DNA of 64,000 bases, taken from the NCBI GenBank assembly GCA_964035575.1, contig OZ037847.1, positions 558,001-622,000 on the forward strand, given 5' to 3'. The translations under genes and the position numbers were made by a program. The notes beneath the pieces were generated by a model that was not told the DNA's origin, made no database searches, and saw nothing but the letters and a program-made list of their open reading frames with translations. Numbering within the stretch: position 1 is the first letter of the stretch; every line of letters begins with the position of its first letter. Source of the stretch: Rhynchopus sp. YZ270_cl-10. Its lineage: Eukaryota. Of the stretch, positions 1-10,262 are shown piece by piece.

Positions 1-1426
1 GGCTCTGGTGCACACACATTATTTTAAACAGACTCATTTCTGAAGTACATCGCAAATGTAAAACAAAACAAAACAAAACAAAAAACTTTGACTCTTTCTT
101 GAAAACTAAGTGTTTTCATCGCCGCGGTCACGCATCATCTATCGAGGCTAAGAGTCAGCTTAACGAACCAGTGTGTACACTTTTGCGGGGGGGGAACTGT
201 GGTGTTTCTTTGCAAAAAAAAAAAATAAATAAATAATGAAAAACTGTTGTCATTGATGCAGACACCTCCGACTGACCCACGTACGATGTCAGCCATCCGG
301 ATGAAAGCACAAAAGTACTGGAAAGAGAACGACAACCCGAAAGGGGGTTTTGTCTTAAAGATATTTCATAGATTTGCCGAGATGCGTTTTTTTTTTTCTC
401 TTCTTCTTTTGATATTTTGTTGAGTGGAAGACTGCCAATAGACAGTCTTCACCCCTTTTTTTGCGCCAAAAAACAGGAGTTCCTCGCGCAAATAAGGCAC
501 TGCAACAAACTAGGAGTTTTTGCATCATTTTTTCGTTTGGGTATATGACAAATTTGTAACAAAAAATAAAATAAAAATAAAATGATGCCTCTGTGGCAAG
601 CACCTCTGCGGCTGCACCCACAATGGAATACTGGTGTGTTGGATTCCGACCCGATGTGGTCTTCACCAGCACTCTGCAGACTTATTCCCACATGCACAGT
701 TCCCTGATGACAGTGAACAGATGCAAAAAAAAGGGAGAAAAAGGTTTGATAAGATGAACCTAAGCACCGTTGTGTAGTCACCTTTAAAACATGTGGAGAT
801 GAACTTCATACTTCGAGGGTACAAAAGGAAGCGCAGTTTATAAAATGAACCTCGGCCTCTCGTGCTTTAGTCACCTTGAACAAAAAAGTTTGATTGGAAA
901 TACACCCTCTCGTAACAGTGTACCAAAAAAAACCCCTTGTAAGATGAATGCGCCTCTCGTGTACATAAAACAAATAAAATAAAATTGATAGTACGATACG
1001 TCTCGCGTAATGTCACCAAAAATATCGTCCCACCCTTCCCCCCCGCATGATGCAAGAGAAAGCCATCTCCCCTGTTTTTTTTTCCATGCACTTCCACTAG
1101 ACACCCTACTGCATAAAAGTGGTGCAGCTTCCCGCTCCCATTACCCGACACAAAAAAAAAAGAAGAGAAAAAAAACAGTTTGAAGGATCATAACGGAACG
1201 CTACAGACAGAATTGAGCATTTTTTTGTTGCAATAAAATATTGGTGTGGCTGAATGTGGGCAATAAAGTGCGATTACCCCTTATCAGCCACCAAACGAAA
1301 GGAAAAAAAAAAAACGAATCCCAAACCCCCATCCCTTCCCATTCCCCATTTTACAACAGTCCCCCCTTCCCCCTCCCACCCCCCCTTTTTTTTCTCTCTT
1401 CTTCGCCAATTTTTTTTTTTTTCAAA

Positions 1427-2959
1427 TTAGGCGGGGAGAGTACCGGTTGCGGGACGGGCCTGGAAATTTCCTGCAGTTGTTGCGGCGGTGCAGAGTGGGG
1501 GGAGGATTGGGGTGAGGCCGGAGTTGGGAGGTGAGGGTGAGAGGACGGGGTGGCACTGGGAGGTGGGGCAGGTGCTGCCTTGTGCGTGCGGCATGGGTGG
1601 TGTTGCCTGGCGCTCGCCTCCGACACCCACACCGGCACTCCGCCTGCTCCCATTTGAACCCGCACTCCCCTCTCGCGCAGACAGTAAAGGAGTTGCCGCA
1701 GCCGCATGTGGCGAACTCCGCTCATCCGTAAACCCCCCAGTCTTCAAATACTTATACTCCTGCAGCAACGTATGATAAATATAACGCAGCTGGTCCAACG
1801 ACTGCACCATCCCTGCCCGCTGCATCCGCAACGTCTTTATCGCCCCAAGCACATCAAAGTTGAATTTAAATGGTCTAGGTATTTTCCCTCGGGCACCTAA
1901 CATATGCATATAATACGACTGTTTAAAAAGCGCCAGCAGAACGTGAACTGTGATGAAACATCCGGTTCGTCCAATGCCTGCGGAGCAGTGGACGAGGATA
2001 GGGGGGACGGTGGTGTTGCCGTGGAAGAAGTCTTCGAGGCAGTCTTTGTCTACGGGGCGGGCGGCATAGCGTTTTTTGCGGCGGCGGACAGCATGGATTT
2101 CTGCTGAGGAGGGAGGTGGCATGGCAGCGAGAACGCAGGATTGGCTGGCAGTGCGTTCATAGAGCTCGTCATCGGTGTCGTCGACAATGTCCGTGACGCG
2201 TCCATCCTCGGCGTGTAGCACGCTCCGGATGTATTCGTCTGAGATGCGCAGCAGGTGCGCAAGACCCAAAGAATCGCCATCAGGCACCCCATGGTCCGGC
2301 CAAGCAACATGCTGAATATGCGTCACATCCCGCTTCTGCCCAAAGCAAAATATCGTAAAGTGCTTTATCAAGAGGTCCCCCTTCCGCTCCTCCTTCAACA
2401 CCGTCCGCCCATCCACAAACTGCCACCTCACCAACACATCCCCCGCCAGCAGCACCGGGTCTTTGTCCACCTCCGTCGGCGACTCTGGCCAGTACTTCGC
2501 GCACTTCACCTTGCGCGACCGCTCGACCTCCTGCGTAAGCATGATGATGAGACGCACGTCGTTCTCCCATATGACACGCCAGAAGTCCTCTACTGTGTTG
2601 TCCTTTGGTGCCTGCGCGCATATGTAGTTGTGGTGCGGCAGGCAGAAGGCCTTCCCGTCGATGAACGACGCGTTGATGTAGTCGGAGGGGTGCGTGGGGC
2701 AGGCGCGCAGCTTGACACGGGTCTTGTCGTTCGGGAGCACATCTGGGTAGCGGTTCTTCTCCTTGTTCTCAACAAGCTCGCCCACAGTCGTGACGTGCGC
2801 TGGATCCGAGGACATATCACGTGAATGTTCAAGGAGCGACTCCCACTCCACATCCAGCACAGTACGCTCACCCTGCACGTCATGCGCCTTCGTAGACAAC
2901 GACTCCACGTGCACTTCTAAGTCGCTGATCCCCGGGCCATTCGCCCGAGGGCTCCACAT
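1427..2959 (-). CDS. Classical (tyrosine-specific) protein tyrosine phosphatase, 510 aa
   Basis: KNRY pTyr loop, DYINAS, WPD loop (AWPDHGVP), P-loop HCSAGIGRTG and Q-loop MVQSLDQ are all intact; Pro/Ser-rich C-terminal tail. Confidence 0.95.
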   Translation of the reverse strand: MWSPRANGPGISDLEVHVESLSTKAHDVQGERTVLDVEWESLLEHSRDMSSDPAHVTTVGELVENKEKNRYPDVLPNDKTRVKLRACPTHPSDYINASFIDGKAFCLPHHNYICAQAPKDNTVEDFWRVIWENDVRLIIMLTQEVERSRKVKCAKYWPESPTEVDKDPVLLAGDVLVRWQFVDGRTVLKEERKGDLLIKHFTIFCFGQKRDVTHIQHVAWPDHGVPDGDSLGLAHLLRISDEYIRSVLHAEDGRVTDIVDDTDDELYERTASQSCVLAAMPPPSSAEIHAVRRRKKRYAARPVDKDCLEDFFHGNTTVPPILVHCSAGIGRTGCFITVHVLLALFKQSYYMHMLGARGKIPRPFKFNFDVLGAIKTLRMQRAGMVQSLDQLRYIYHTLLQEYKYLKTGGFTDERSSPHAAAATPLLSAREGSAGSNGSRRSAGVGVGGERQATPPMPHAQGSTCPTSQCHPVLSPSPPNSGLTPILPPLCTAATTAGNFQARPATGTLPA

Positions 2960-3774
2960 TTCTGTGTAGTTTTGTGTATTTTATTCGCGTTTCGGGGGGT
3001 ATTTTATCCCTCAAGAGGTGCGTTTTATAGTGTGTTTTTTTCCTGGGTTGTTGGTGGTCTGGTGGTCAAAAAAAAAACATCGGCATTTTGCATTTTCGGA
3101 ATCCGTCCGTCCAGTAGAGGTCACTTTGCCAAAATGGACAGGGTTTTTGACAGGGTTTTTCCGGAACACCGGGTTTGAAGGGAAAAAAAAAAATAGTAAA
3201 ACAAAAGCCGAGAGGAAAAGGTAATGTATCAGTGCAAGGGGAAGCATTTTCGAAAAGAGAAGGGCGGTCACGAAACCTGTTGTCGCGGGAAGGCAAAGTG
3301 GTGGCAGCGATCCGACTGACAAAAAATCACCCACATCGGTGAACAATGCATTCTCCTGTACTCTTCCTCACTCCCGTTGTCGACATTGTCCTGGAAGCAC
3401 CATTGGGCGAGGATGAAGCTTCCGCCCAGACCAAAAGAGACGCACTCACCAGGAGCAGCGCACAGCCCCCTAGAGAACAAGGCCTACTGCACAGCAGAAG
3501 TTGCATTGTCTGACCATTTTGGACGAGAAAGATGTGGATACGTAAGGCCAAACAGGGTTCCCCGGAAATTCAATTGGGCCACAAAAAAGGAAAGAATTTT
3601 GTATCAGTTTTTAAAAGGTTGTAATTGAAGAGTTATTTACATCCACCCCCCCTTTGGAAGGGTGTCGGAAGTAGCGAATATTCTTCTTGAATCATCATAT
3701 ACCAAACTCCATTTTTTTTCCCGTTGTTGTCGCAATTTTATGGCTACATTTTTTTTCCCTCAGCAAGAACCGAA

Positions 3775-3939
3775 TCACCCCCTCTTTTTAGGGTCAATAT
3801 CGATCAGCCCCTCCTCCAGCTGGGCGTGCAGCTCTTCAAGGTCTATGCTGCTTTCCCCATCTGCCCCTTCCTCCGCGAGATGGATCTGCTCGACAAAGTA
3901 CTGTGGTGAGCCGAGAGGGGCGGGTGAAGCTTCTGACAT
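3775..3939 (-). CDS. Possible small acidic protein or exon (MSEASP...IDIDPKKRG)
   Basis: GC-rich, coding-like island; the frame stays open upstream to 4191; no family recognised. Confidence 0.3.
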   Translation of the reverse strand: MSEASPAPLGSPQYFVEQIHLAEEGADGESSIDLEELHAQLEEGLIDIDPKKRG

Positions 3940-4564
3940 AGGTGCATCTCGCAAAGGGTCCTCAGGGACAGCAACAGGGCTTTTGATATGCCCACCACGC
4001 CTGTACGCAGGCACAGACACATCTCCCGACGTACCCCGACCTGTCGCATGAAACACCCCATGTGAACTCAGAAACGCAACCCAATGGACCACCACAATAA
4101 CCACAACCACAAAAATCACCAAACCATTTTTAGGCGTCTTAAAAAAAACCCCAAAGGGGGAGGGGGGAATAACCCCCCCACCCCTCGCCACCCCTATGGA
4201 GAAGTTTTTAAGAGTTTTGTGAAACGCAAAATGGGGGATGGACGAACTTTTTTTTTTGATCAGAGAATTGAAACAGGGTTGGGGGGGAGAGAGAGAGAGC
4301 TAGAAAACACATAGGATATGTTGCGGTGCGTATGCTTTTTTTTGTTGTTATGTTGTACTTGTATTGCGAGGCGGTGGTGTACAAAAAAAGGTATGTATGG
4401 CTCGCTTTCTTTCGCTAGGTCGGCCTAAGGCGATTGCATATTCTACGCTTCGAGTATTCGTTGTGGTTTAATGTCTGTCAAAGGGATCAAAAAAAAACCT
4501 GGTATCCTATTGCCCGCTCCTTCTCTGCTACTGTTTCCCTCTGGAGGGGCAGGTGTCCGTAGTC

Positions 4565-4669
4565 TTATTTGGACCTCTGCCTCATCTTCCTCCTACGGAG
4601 TTTCAATCTCTTCAACCTCTTCTTCTTCCACTTCGGCCTCATGCCGTTTGGCCTGGGAACGGATCCCAT
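4565..4669 (-). CDS. RPL41: Ribosomal protein eL41 (34 aa), copy 1
   Basis: Translates to [34 protein letters not shown]. Matches eL41 ([25 protein letters not shown]) plus a 9-aa N-terminal extension. Confidence 0.93.
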   Translation of the reverse strand: [34 protein letters not shown]

Positions 4670-5287
4670 TTTTTGTTGTTTCTGTCTGTTGTGTTGTGAG
4701 AATGTAGGAGGATAAAAGCAGGGTATCAAATACGTTAGGTACCAAATTTAGTAAAAAATAAAAGAAAGAGGGGTAGAAACCTGCTAAAACGCATCTCGGT
4801 TGAGCTCATAAGGTGGGCTGTACCGTAATAAAACGGAGGCGGGTTCACAACCGCGAGGAGAATCGTCACGCAATCTCTCTTATATGATTTTTCGCCTTCA
4901 CCTTAATCAATCGTTATCGTACAGCATCAGCTCTGTGGAATTTCACTGCGTTGTCGGAGATGATGTCAAAATCTCCGGTCAGCGTGCATAATTTTAACAC
5001 ACACTACGCAGTGAACATGGTGTGGCACGGATGCGATTGGACGACGGTAATAGCCTATCAATCCGGGTACGTTAATGGAATGGAGGAAGGGGGAAAAGAA
5101 ATGGAGGAAAAAACAAAAGAGGCAGGGTTTTATCTGGTCGATTTTCTTTGCGCTATTTTTTTTATTTTTCCTTTGAGGAACAAAGGATTGCGTAGGGGGA
5201 GGTACAGTGGCAGCAAGGGGCAAGACCCCCAACCCACTTAATACAACATCCCTCCCCTTCTTTCCATGCGCGCTAATGCCCCTCTGA

Positions 5288-5392
5288 TCACTTCGACCTC
5301 TGCCTCATCTTCCTCCTACGGAGTTTCAATCTCTTCAACCTCTTCTTCTTCCACTTCGGCCTCATGCCGTTTGGCCTGGGAACGGATCCCAT
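5288..5392 (-). CDS. RPL41: Ribosomal protein eL41, copy 2
   Basis: Same 34-aa peptide; ends TCG AAG TGA instead of TCC AAA TAA; different 3' flank. Confidence 0.93.
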   Translation of the reverse strand: [34 protein letters not shown]

Positions 5393-6097
5393 TTTTTGTT
5401 GTTTCTGTCTGTTGGGTTGTGTTGTGTTGTGGATATCGGGTATCGGGAGGATAAAGACTTTTTTCTCCAAAAAAAAGGACCTGAACCACTCTTTGGTTAC
5501 TCGAACTATGGAATTTGGAAACCACAAAACTTCTCGGGGGGTTTCCTCTGTTGGGAATTCAAATATGTAGGAAGAGAAACAGAGATGCATTGGAGGATAT
5601 AGCCACCATTTTAATTTGAACAAAAAGTAGTTGAAACTAAAATGCAACTCGGTTGTGCTGCATGCAAAGGGTAGGACGTGAGTGGTCAGTACAAAAGAGA
5701 AAGTTAAAGTACATTCTTTTGCATCGATTCGATAGAGCCTCAGAGAGCGCCGAGGAAGTGGATTTGAAAAGAAAAAAAAAAAAGGTAAACGAAGGAAACT
5801 AGAGGGAGAGGAGGGACCAATTTTTTTTTGCATTTCAACAGCAGCAACCCTTATTTGAAGTATCCTGAACAACATTGAGGGTGATTTTATTGTTCAACGT
5901 TTTTTTAATGTGTTGCTGCAGCCATCAATGAAATGCGTTTTGATAAGAGCTCCTTTATTTTTTTTCCGCAATCAGCAAAAAAGGCGCCCTTTCTTTGAAA
6001 ACTACGTTTTCTTTTTGGAGGGGGTTTTTTTCAATGCAACGTCTTCGCATGCTTCCGGTAGTGGTCCTAATTGAAGGTGCTGCGTCGTGCCGTAGTC

Positions 6098-6202
6098 TTA
6101 TTTGGACCTCTGCCTCATCTTCCTCCTACGGAGTTTCAATCTCTTCAACCTCTTCTTCTTCCACTTCGGCCTCATGCCGTTTGGCCTGGGAACGGATCCC
6201 AT
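6098..6202 (-). CDS. RPL41: Ribosomal protein eL41, copy 3
   Basis: CDS identical to copy 1, with the shared 5' leader acaacagacagaaacaacaaaaaATG. Confidence 0.93.
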   Translation of the reverse strand: [34 protein letters not shown]

Positions 6203-6651
6203 TTTTTGTTGTTTCTGTCTGTTGTGTTGTGGAATATAGGGGAGATAAAAGCAGGGTATTAGACAAATGAACTTTACGTTCAGACCAAATTTAGCGGTGT
6301 TATGTAATGTTGTGTCTTATTTGAGAAAAAGAAAAGAAAAGTTTATAAGATGGCCCTAAGCCTCTCGCTGCTTAGTCACCTTATCATATTCGTTATCGCG
6401 GAGCAACAGCTGCGCTGAAAAATGAAGAGTATGAGAAAGGACATAACCAAATTCAAAAAATAAACAACTTTTTTTTTGTGTGTGTTTGTCGGGAATAGAG
6501 AAGTGGGGAGAGAAGGGAGGCGAAGGGGAAGGGGGGAAGAACGTGGGAAGGGAGACGGGATTGGCTAATTGTATCCGTTTAAAAAAAAAATATAGCGGAG
6601 CTCACCGAAGCATTTTGCGCCATATTTTTTTTTTTTTTTCTCTCTTGAAAA

Positions 6652-7311
6652 CAGGGTCCTCAGCCTGCACCCCCCTGTGGGAATTTTAGGGGTGCAAAAA
6701 TTTTTCTGTACAAAACCCTTCAGAAAAGTCCATTCCGAGCTTTCTCCCCACACAAGCGGTCGTCGCGCGCGCTTCGCGCGCGCTCCTCCCTGACAAAGTT
6801 GGGAGAGGCGTGAAAATTCACGGGAAAATGGGGAAACCGGGGCCTGACGCTATTTTTTGGGTTTTTGCGAAATCGTGGTTGGCTCAAAAAAATTTTCCCG
6901 CGCCCGTTTTTTTATTTCACATTGGGGTGTCTTTCCGCGAGCGCAGCGAGCGGAAAAATACACTCAGTACCCATGCATAAAACGAAATACACTTCCACGT
7001 AATCACTTCGCTTGCTTTCCTGGAACTGCTATAGGTGGCGACAATCGCAGGGAGCATCCCTGGAACCACTTTCACACATTGTGAGTGTGACAGCCACCGA
7101 GTGGTGCTTGGCTATGTCCGTTGTGGTACTGACGAAAAGCCAGAGAATCCCTGCTGAAGCCTGAAATCCCCCCTCAAAAAATTTTTTTCGTCCCAAAAAA
7201 ACTTTTTTTTTTTTTTGGGGGGGTGCAAAAATATTTTTTGCACCCCCCCGATTTTTCTTTTTTTTTTTTTTGGGTGCAAAAAATTTTTTTTGCACCCCCT
7301 TGAGGACCCTG
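6652..7311. mobile_element. Non-autonomous hAT-type DNA transposon (660 bp)
   Basis: TIR CAGGGTCCTCA...TGAGGACCCTG; perfect 8-bp TSD CTTGAAAA (6644-6651 / 7312-7319); subterminal GGGTGCAAAA/TTTTGCACCC repeats. Confidence 0.9.
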
Positions 7312-7619
7312 CTTGAAAACTATGTGTTATTAGTGCAGACACCCAAAGAACGAGCTCCATTATACTTTTTGTCAACATTTTTGTTGTATTGACAATCACG
7401 TTATACCTACTGATATAACGATCATAAAGAGCATTTTTTTTTTCTCCCACTGAAACCCATTTAAAGCATGGACACCAACTGGGTGTAGCAGACTGTTTTT
7501 TTTATTATTATTTCCTCCCCATCAACTGCGCCATTGAACCAGAACATTAAACTTTAGAAGAAAAAAGAAAGAGTTAAACCATGAATACCCTTGAAAGTGC
7601 AAACACGAGAGGGAAAAAA

Positions 7620-7690
7620 AGTGAAGTTATTAATGCAGACACCTCCGACTGACCCACGTACGATGCCAGCCATCCGGATGAAAGCACAAG
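7620..7690 (-). repeat. Dispersed hairpin family C (representative)
   Basis: Plus strand atgcagacacctccgactgacccacgtacgatgccagccatccggatgaaagcacaa; copies at ~255, 32455 and 39272. Confidence 0.85.
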
Positions 7691-9577
7691 AATGCTCTTT
7701 TTCAAAAGGTATCGCTCTTTTCTGGGTATGCATTATTCCCACGAATTCCAGATTTGAAGAGGGGGGTGTTACGCAGGGGGGGTATATTCTGGGAGATGTG
7801 TAGCAGGTCTTTGTTCAGACCATTATACGATGTCTTGTATCACCTATCACCGGATAGGGGATACATGCATCGAAAAGGCACCCTCCTTATGTCTAGACCA
7901 TCATGGACACCAAAGGTTTTAAATTTACAGACAGTTTGCTAAAAACCCCACAAATCTCCTCATATACTTAATGTATCATTCAGACAACCCTATATCCTCC
8001 ACCTGAAACACAAGGAAGTTTTAAGCGGTTTGCAGGGGTACTGAAGAGAAGTAAAACTTAAAAGGTAGCACCGTTGGCGACCTTTTAGGATGCAGGTGCA
8101 AAACTTGCCAATTTCATAAAAATTTTTAGTCAAATTAGGCAAAAATTCTGAACACTGTACATCAACTCAAAAATGAAAAAAATCTTAAAAAAATTTGGGC
8201 CCAAAAACGATGCAGGCACAACAAAAAAAGGATCAGAGCTTCTTTTTGTCCACCCTTTTTTTACCCCCTGATAAAATCGGAATAGTGTATATAGTGAGCA
8301 ATCCTTACACCATGGGGGAATATTGGCGGTGCGAGAAGGCAGAACTCATCCGAAAAAAGAAAATGGTTTGCTTTTTGCGTTAATATGGAACACCAGCACC
8401 AAGACAACCCATCGATGCACATTATGCACACACATGAAGTCATAATCAAAGAGGGAAATCAATGATTGACCAAAAATGTGGTGCTAATAGTTTGTGCTAA
8501 AGGGTACATAGGTTAGAGAAAGAAAGAAAAAAAGGAATGAAACAAAGAAAGTTGACTTGAAATACAAAGTCACTAAAAAAAGAGAAAGAGGGAAAAAAAA
8601 ACACAATTTTTTTTCCGACAAAAAATACCCCCTACCCCCTCCCGCTCTGATTTCTTGAATACCATTGGATTACTTTAACCTTACGATACCAGCCATCCCC
8701 CTTCCCCTTTGTTGCGTCATCCGTAGAAATATTACCTATCAAAAGATAAGTGAATTTTTGGGAATGCAAAAAGCTACCCCGAAAGGTTAGGGGTGCTTAC
8801 GAGACTGCAGATGGAAAAAAACAGCCAAAAAAAAAAAAATAATAATAATCACGTTTTACATTTCACGTTCACACCCCTTTTTGTTCGCCTTTTTTTTCTG
8901 CCTCTTTCGGAAAAAAGTTTCCTCAATAAAAAATACTGTGACGTTGAACGTGACAACGCCTCTGCGGACTGTGAATTCACTGTTGTCATTTTTTCTTTTT
9001 TTTTTTTCCCCTTCTCTTTTTTGGTGTGGCACGTTCAGCAGCTTTTTGGTTTACATATGAACTATGTATGAAGTACATAAATAGACATTATTTTTGGAGC
9101 GTGCCACACCATTTTTTGTGCTTTTTTTTTGTTTTTTGTTTGTTTGCTTTTTTTTATTTTTTTGTGTGTGGTGTGTGTGAGTGTCACGGAAAACGTGGTT
9201 TTTTTTTTCTTTTTGAAAAATCGATGAACGAATGGTCAACCTCGCTTATTTTTTAATTTTTTTGTTTTGTGTGATTCTCCACACAGCCTATTTTGCCGTT
9301 CCTTGTGTGTGTGAGTTTAGAAGCAGGTGTGGGTGGTTCCTACGAGCGGAACATTGCCCAGTTGTGTGTGAAGTGTATATTGTGGACTAAAAGAAATTTT
9401 TTTTTGTTTTTTGTTTTGTTTTGTTTTGTTACAGACAACAACTTTATTTGCTCGCATTAAAGGAGAATTAAGTTGATACTTTTTATGTATTTTTTTTTTG
9501 GGAATTTTTTTTTCAACGAAAAAATAAGTTGGTAAAGATGCACTTCACGTGATAGCCACCTTCAAAACGAAAAAGTG

Positions 9578-9644
9578 AAGTTGATAGTGCAAACACCTCT
9601 GGGACGCAGGCACTGACACTCCACGGGTTATCGAACCCCGGAGT
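9578..9644 (-). repeat. Dispersed hairpin family D (representative)
   Basis: Plus strand aagttgatagtgcaaac(a/g)cctctgggacgcaggcactgacactcc; copies or fragments at 21683, 23659, 32778, 40363, 41116, 56281, 56616. Confidence 0.85.
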
Positions 9645-10262
9645 TAAAAAAACATAAACACATACTATCAGAAAGGACGGAATCTGTTCACAATGCCGCC
9701 TTTCGAGACGTAGAAAAAGAAGAAAAAGTTATTAAGCCTCTCCTGCTTAGTTACCTTGAGGAAATAGTTGTGGATGCACCCGTTTGTGTTGCACATCCAT
9801 CTTTTGCGAAGGAAAAGAAACACACACACACACAAAATTACATTTCAATATTCTCCCCTCATTTCTTTCTCATGAACGAACAAAAACCCTGAGGAAAGGT
9901 GACGCAGAAAATACCCTTGTTGGGATAGTGCAGTAGCGTGAATTGTATTGCACACAATTATATTTCTTGCAAAAAAAAAAAAAAAACACAAAAATAAACC
10001 CCAAACGTGCTCCCCTCCCCTCTGTGTTAGTTGTCTGTGGACAAACCTGTACCGCCCATCCGACCCCTCCCGACCCTATTGTTTTTGTCGCTTAAAAAGA
10101 GTACAGCGGCACTCAATTTTAAGAAGCCTTTTTCTTGCAAAAAGGAAGACCCGTTTTTTTCTCTTCTTTTTTACCTTTTTTATATATTCTCGTGCAACGT
10201 GCAGGTTTTCTGCTAATGTGCGACTGTTACTCCAAAAAACTACCATGTAGATCCAACGGGGG

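Noticed and set aside
4560..6230. Three spaced ~140-bp direct repeats as a CRISPR-like or ncRNA array
   Set aside because: Fully explained as eL41 coding sequences plus 5' leaders.
7774..8270. Possible CAGGGGG..CCCCCTG element
   Set aside because: Inverted ends are low complexity and flanks show no TSD.
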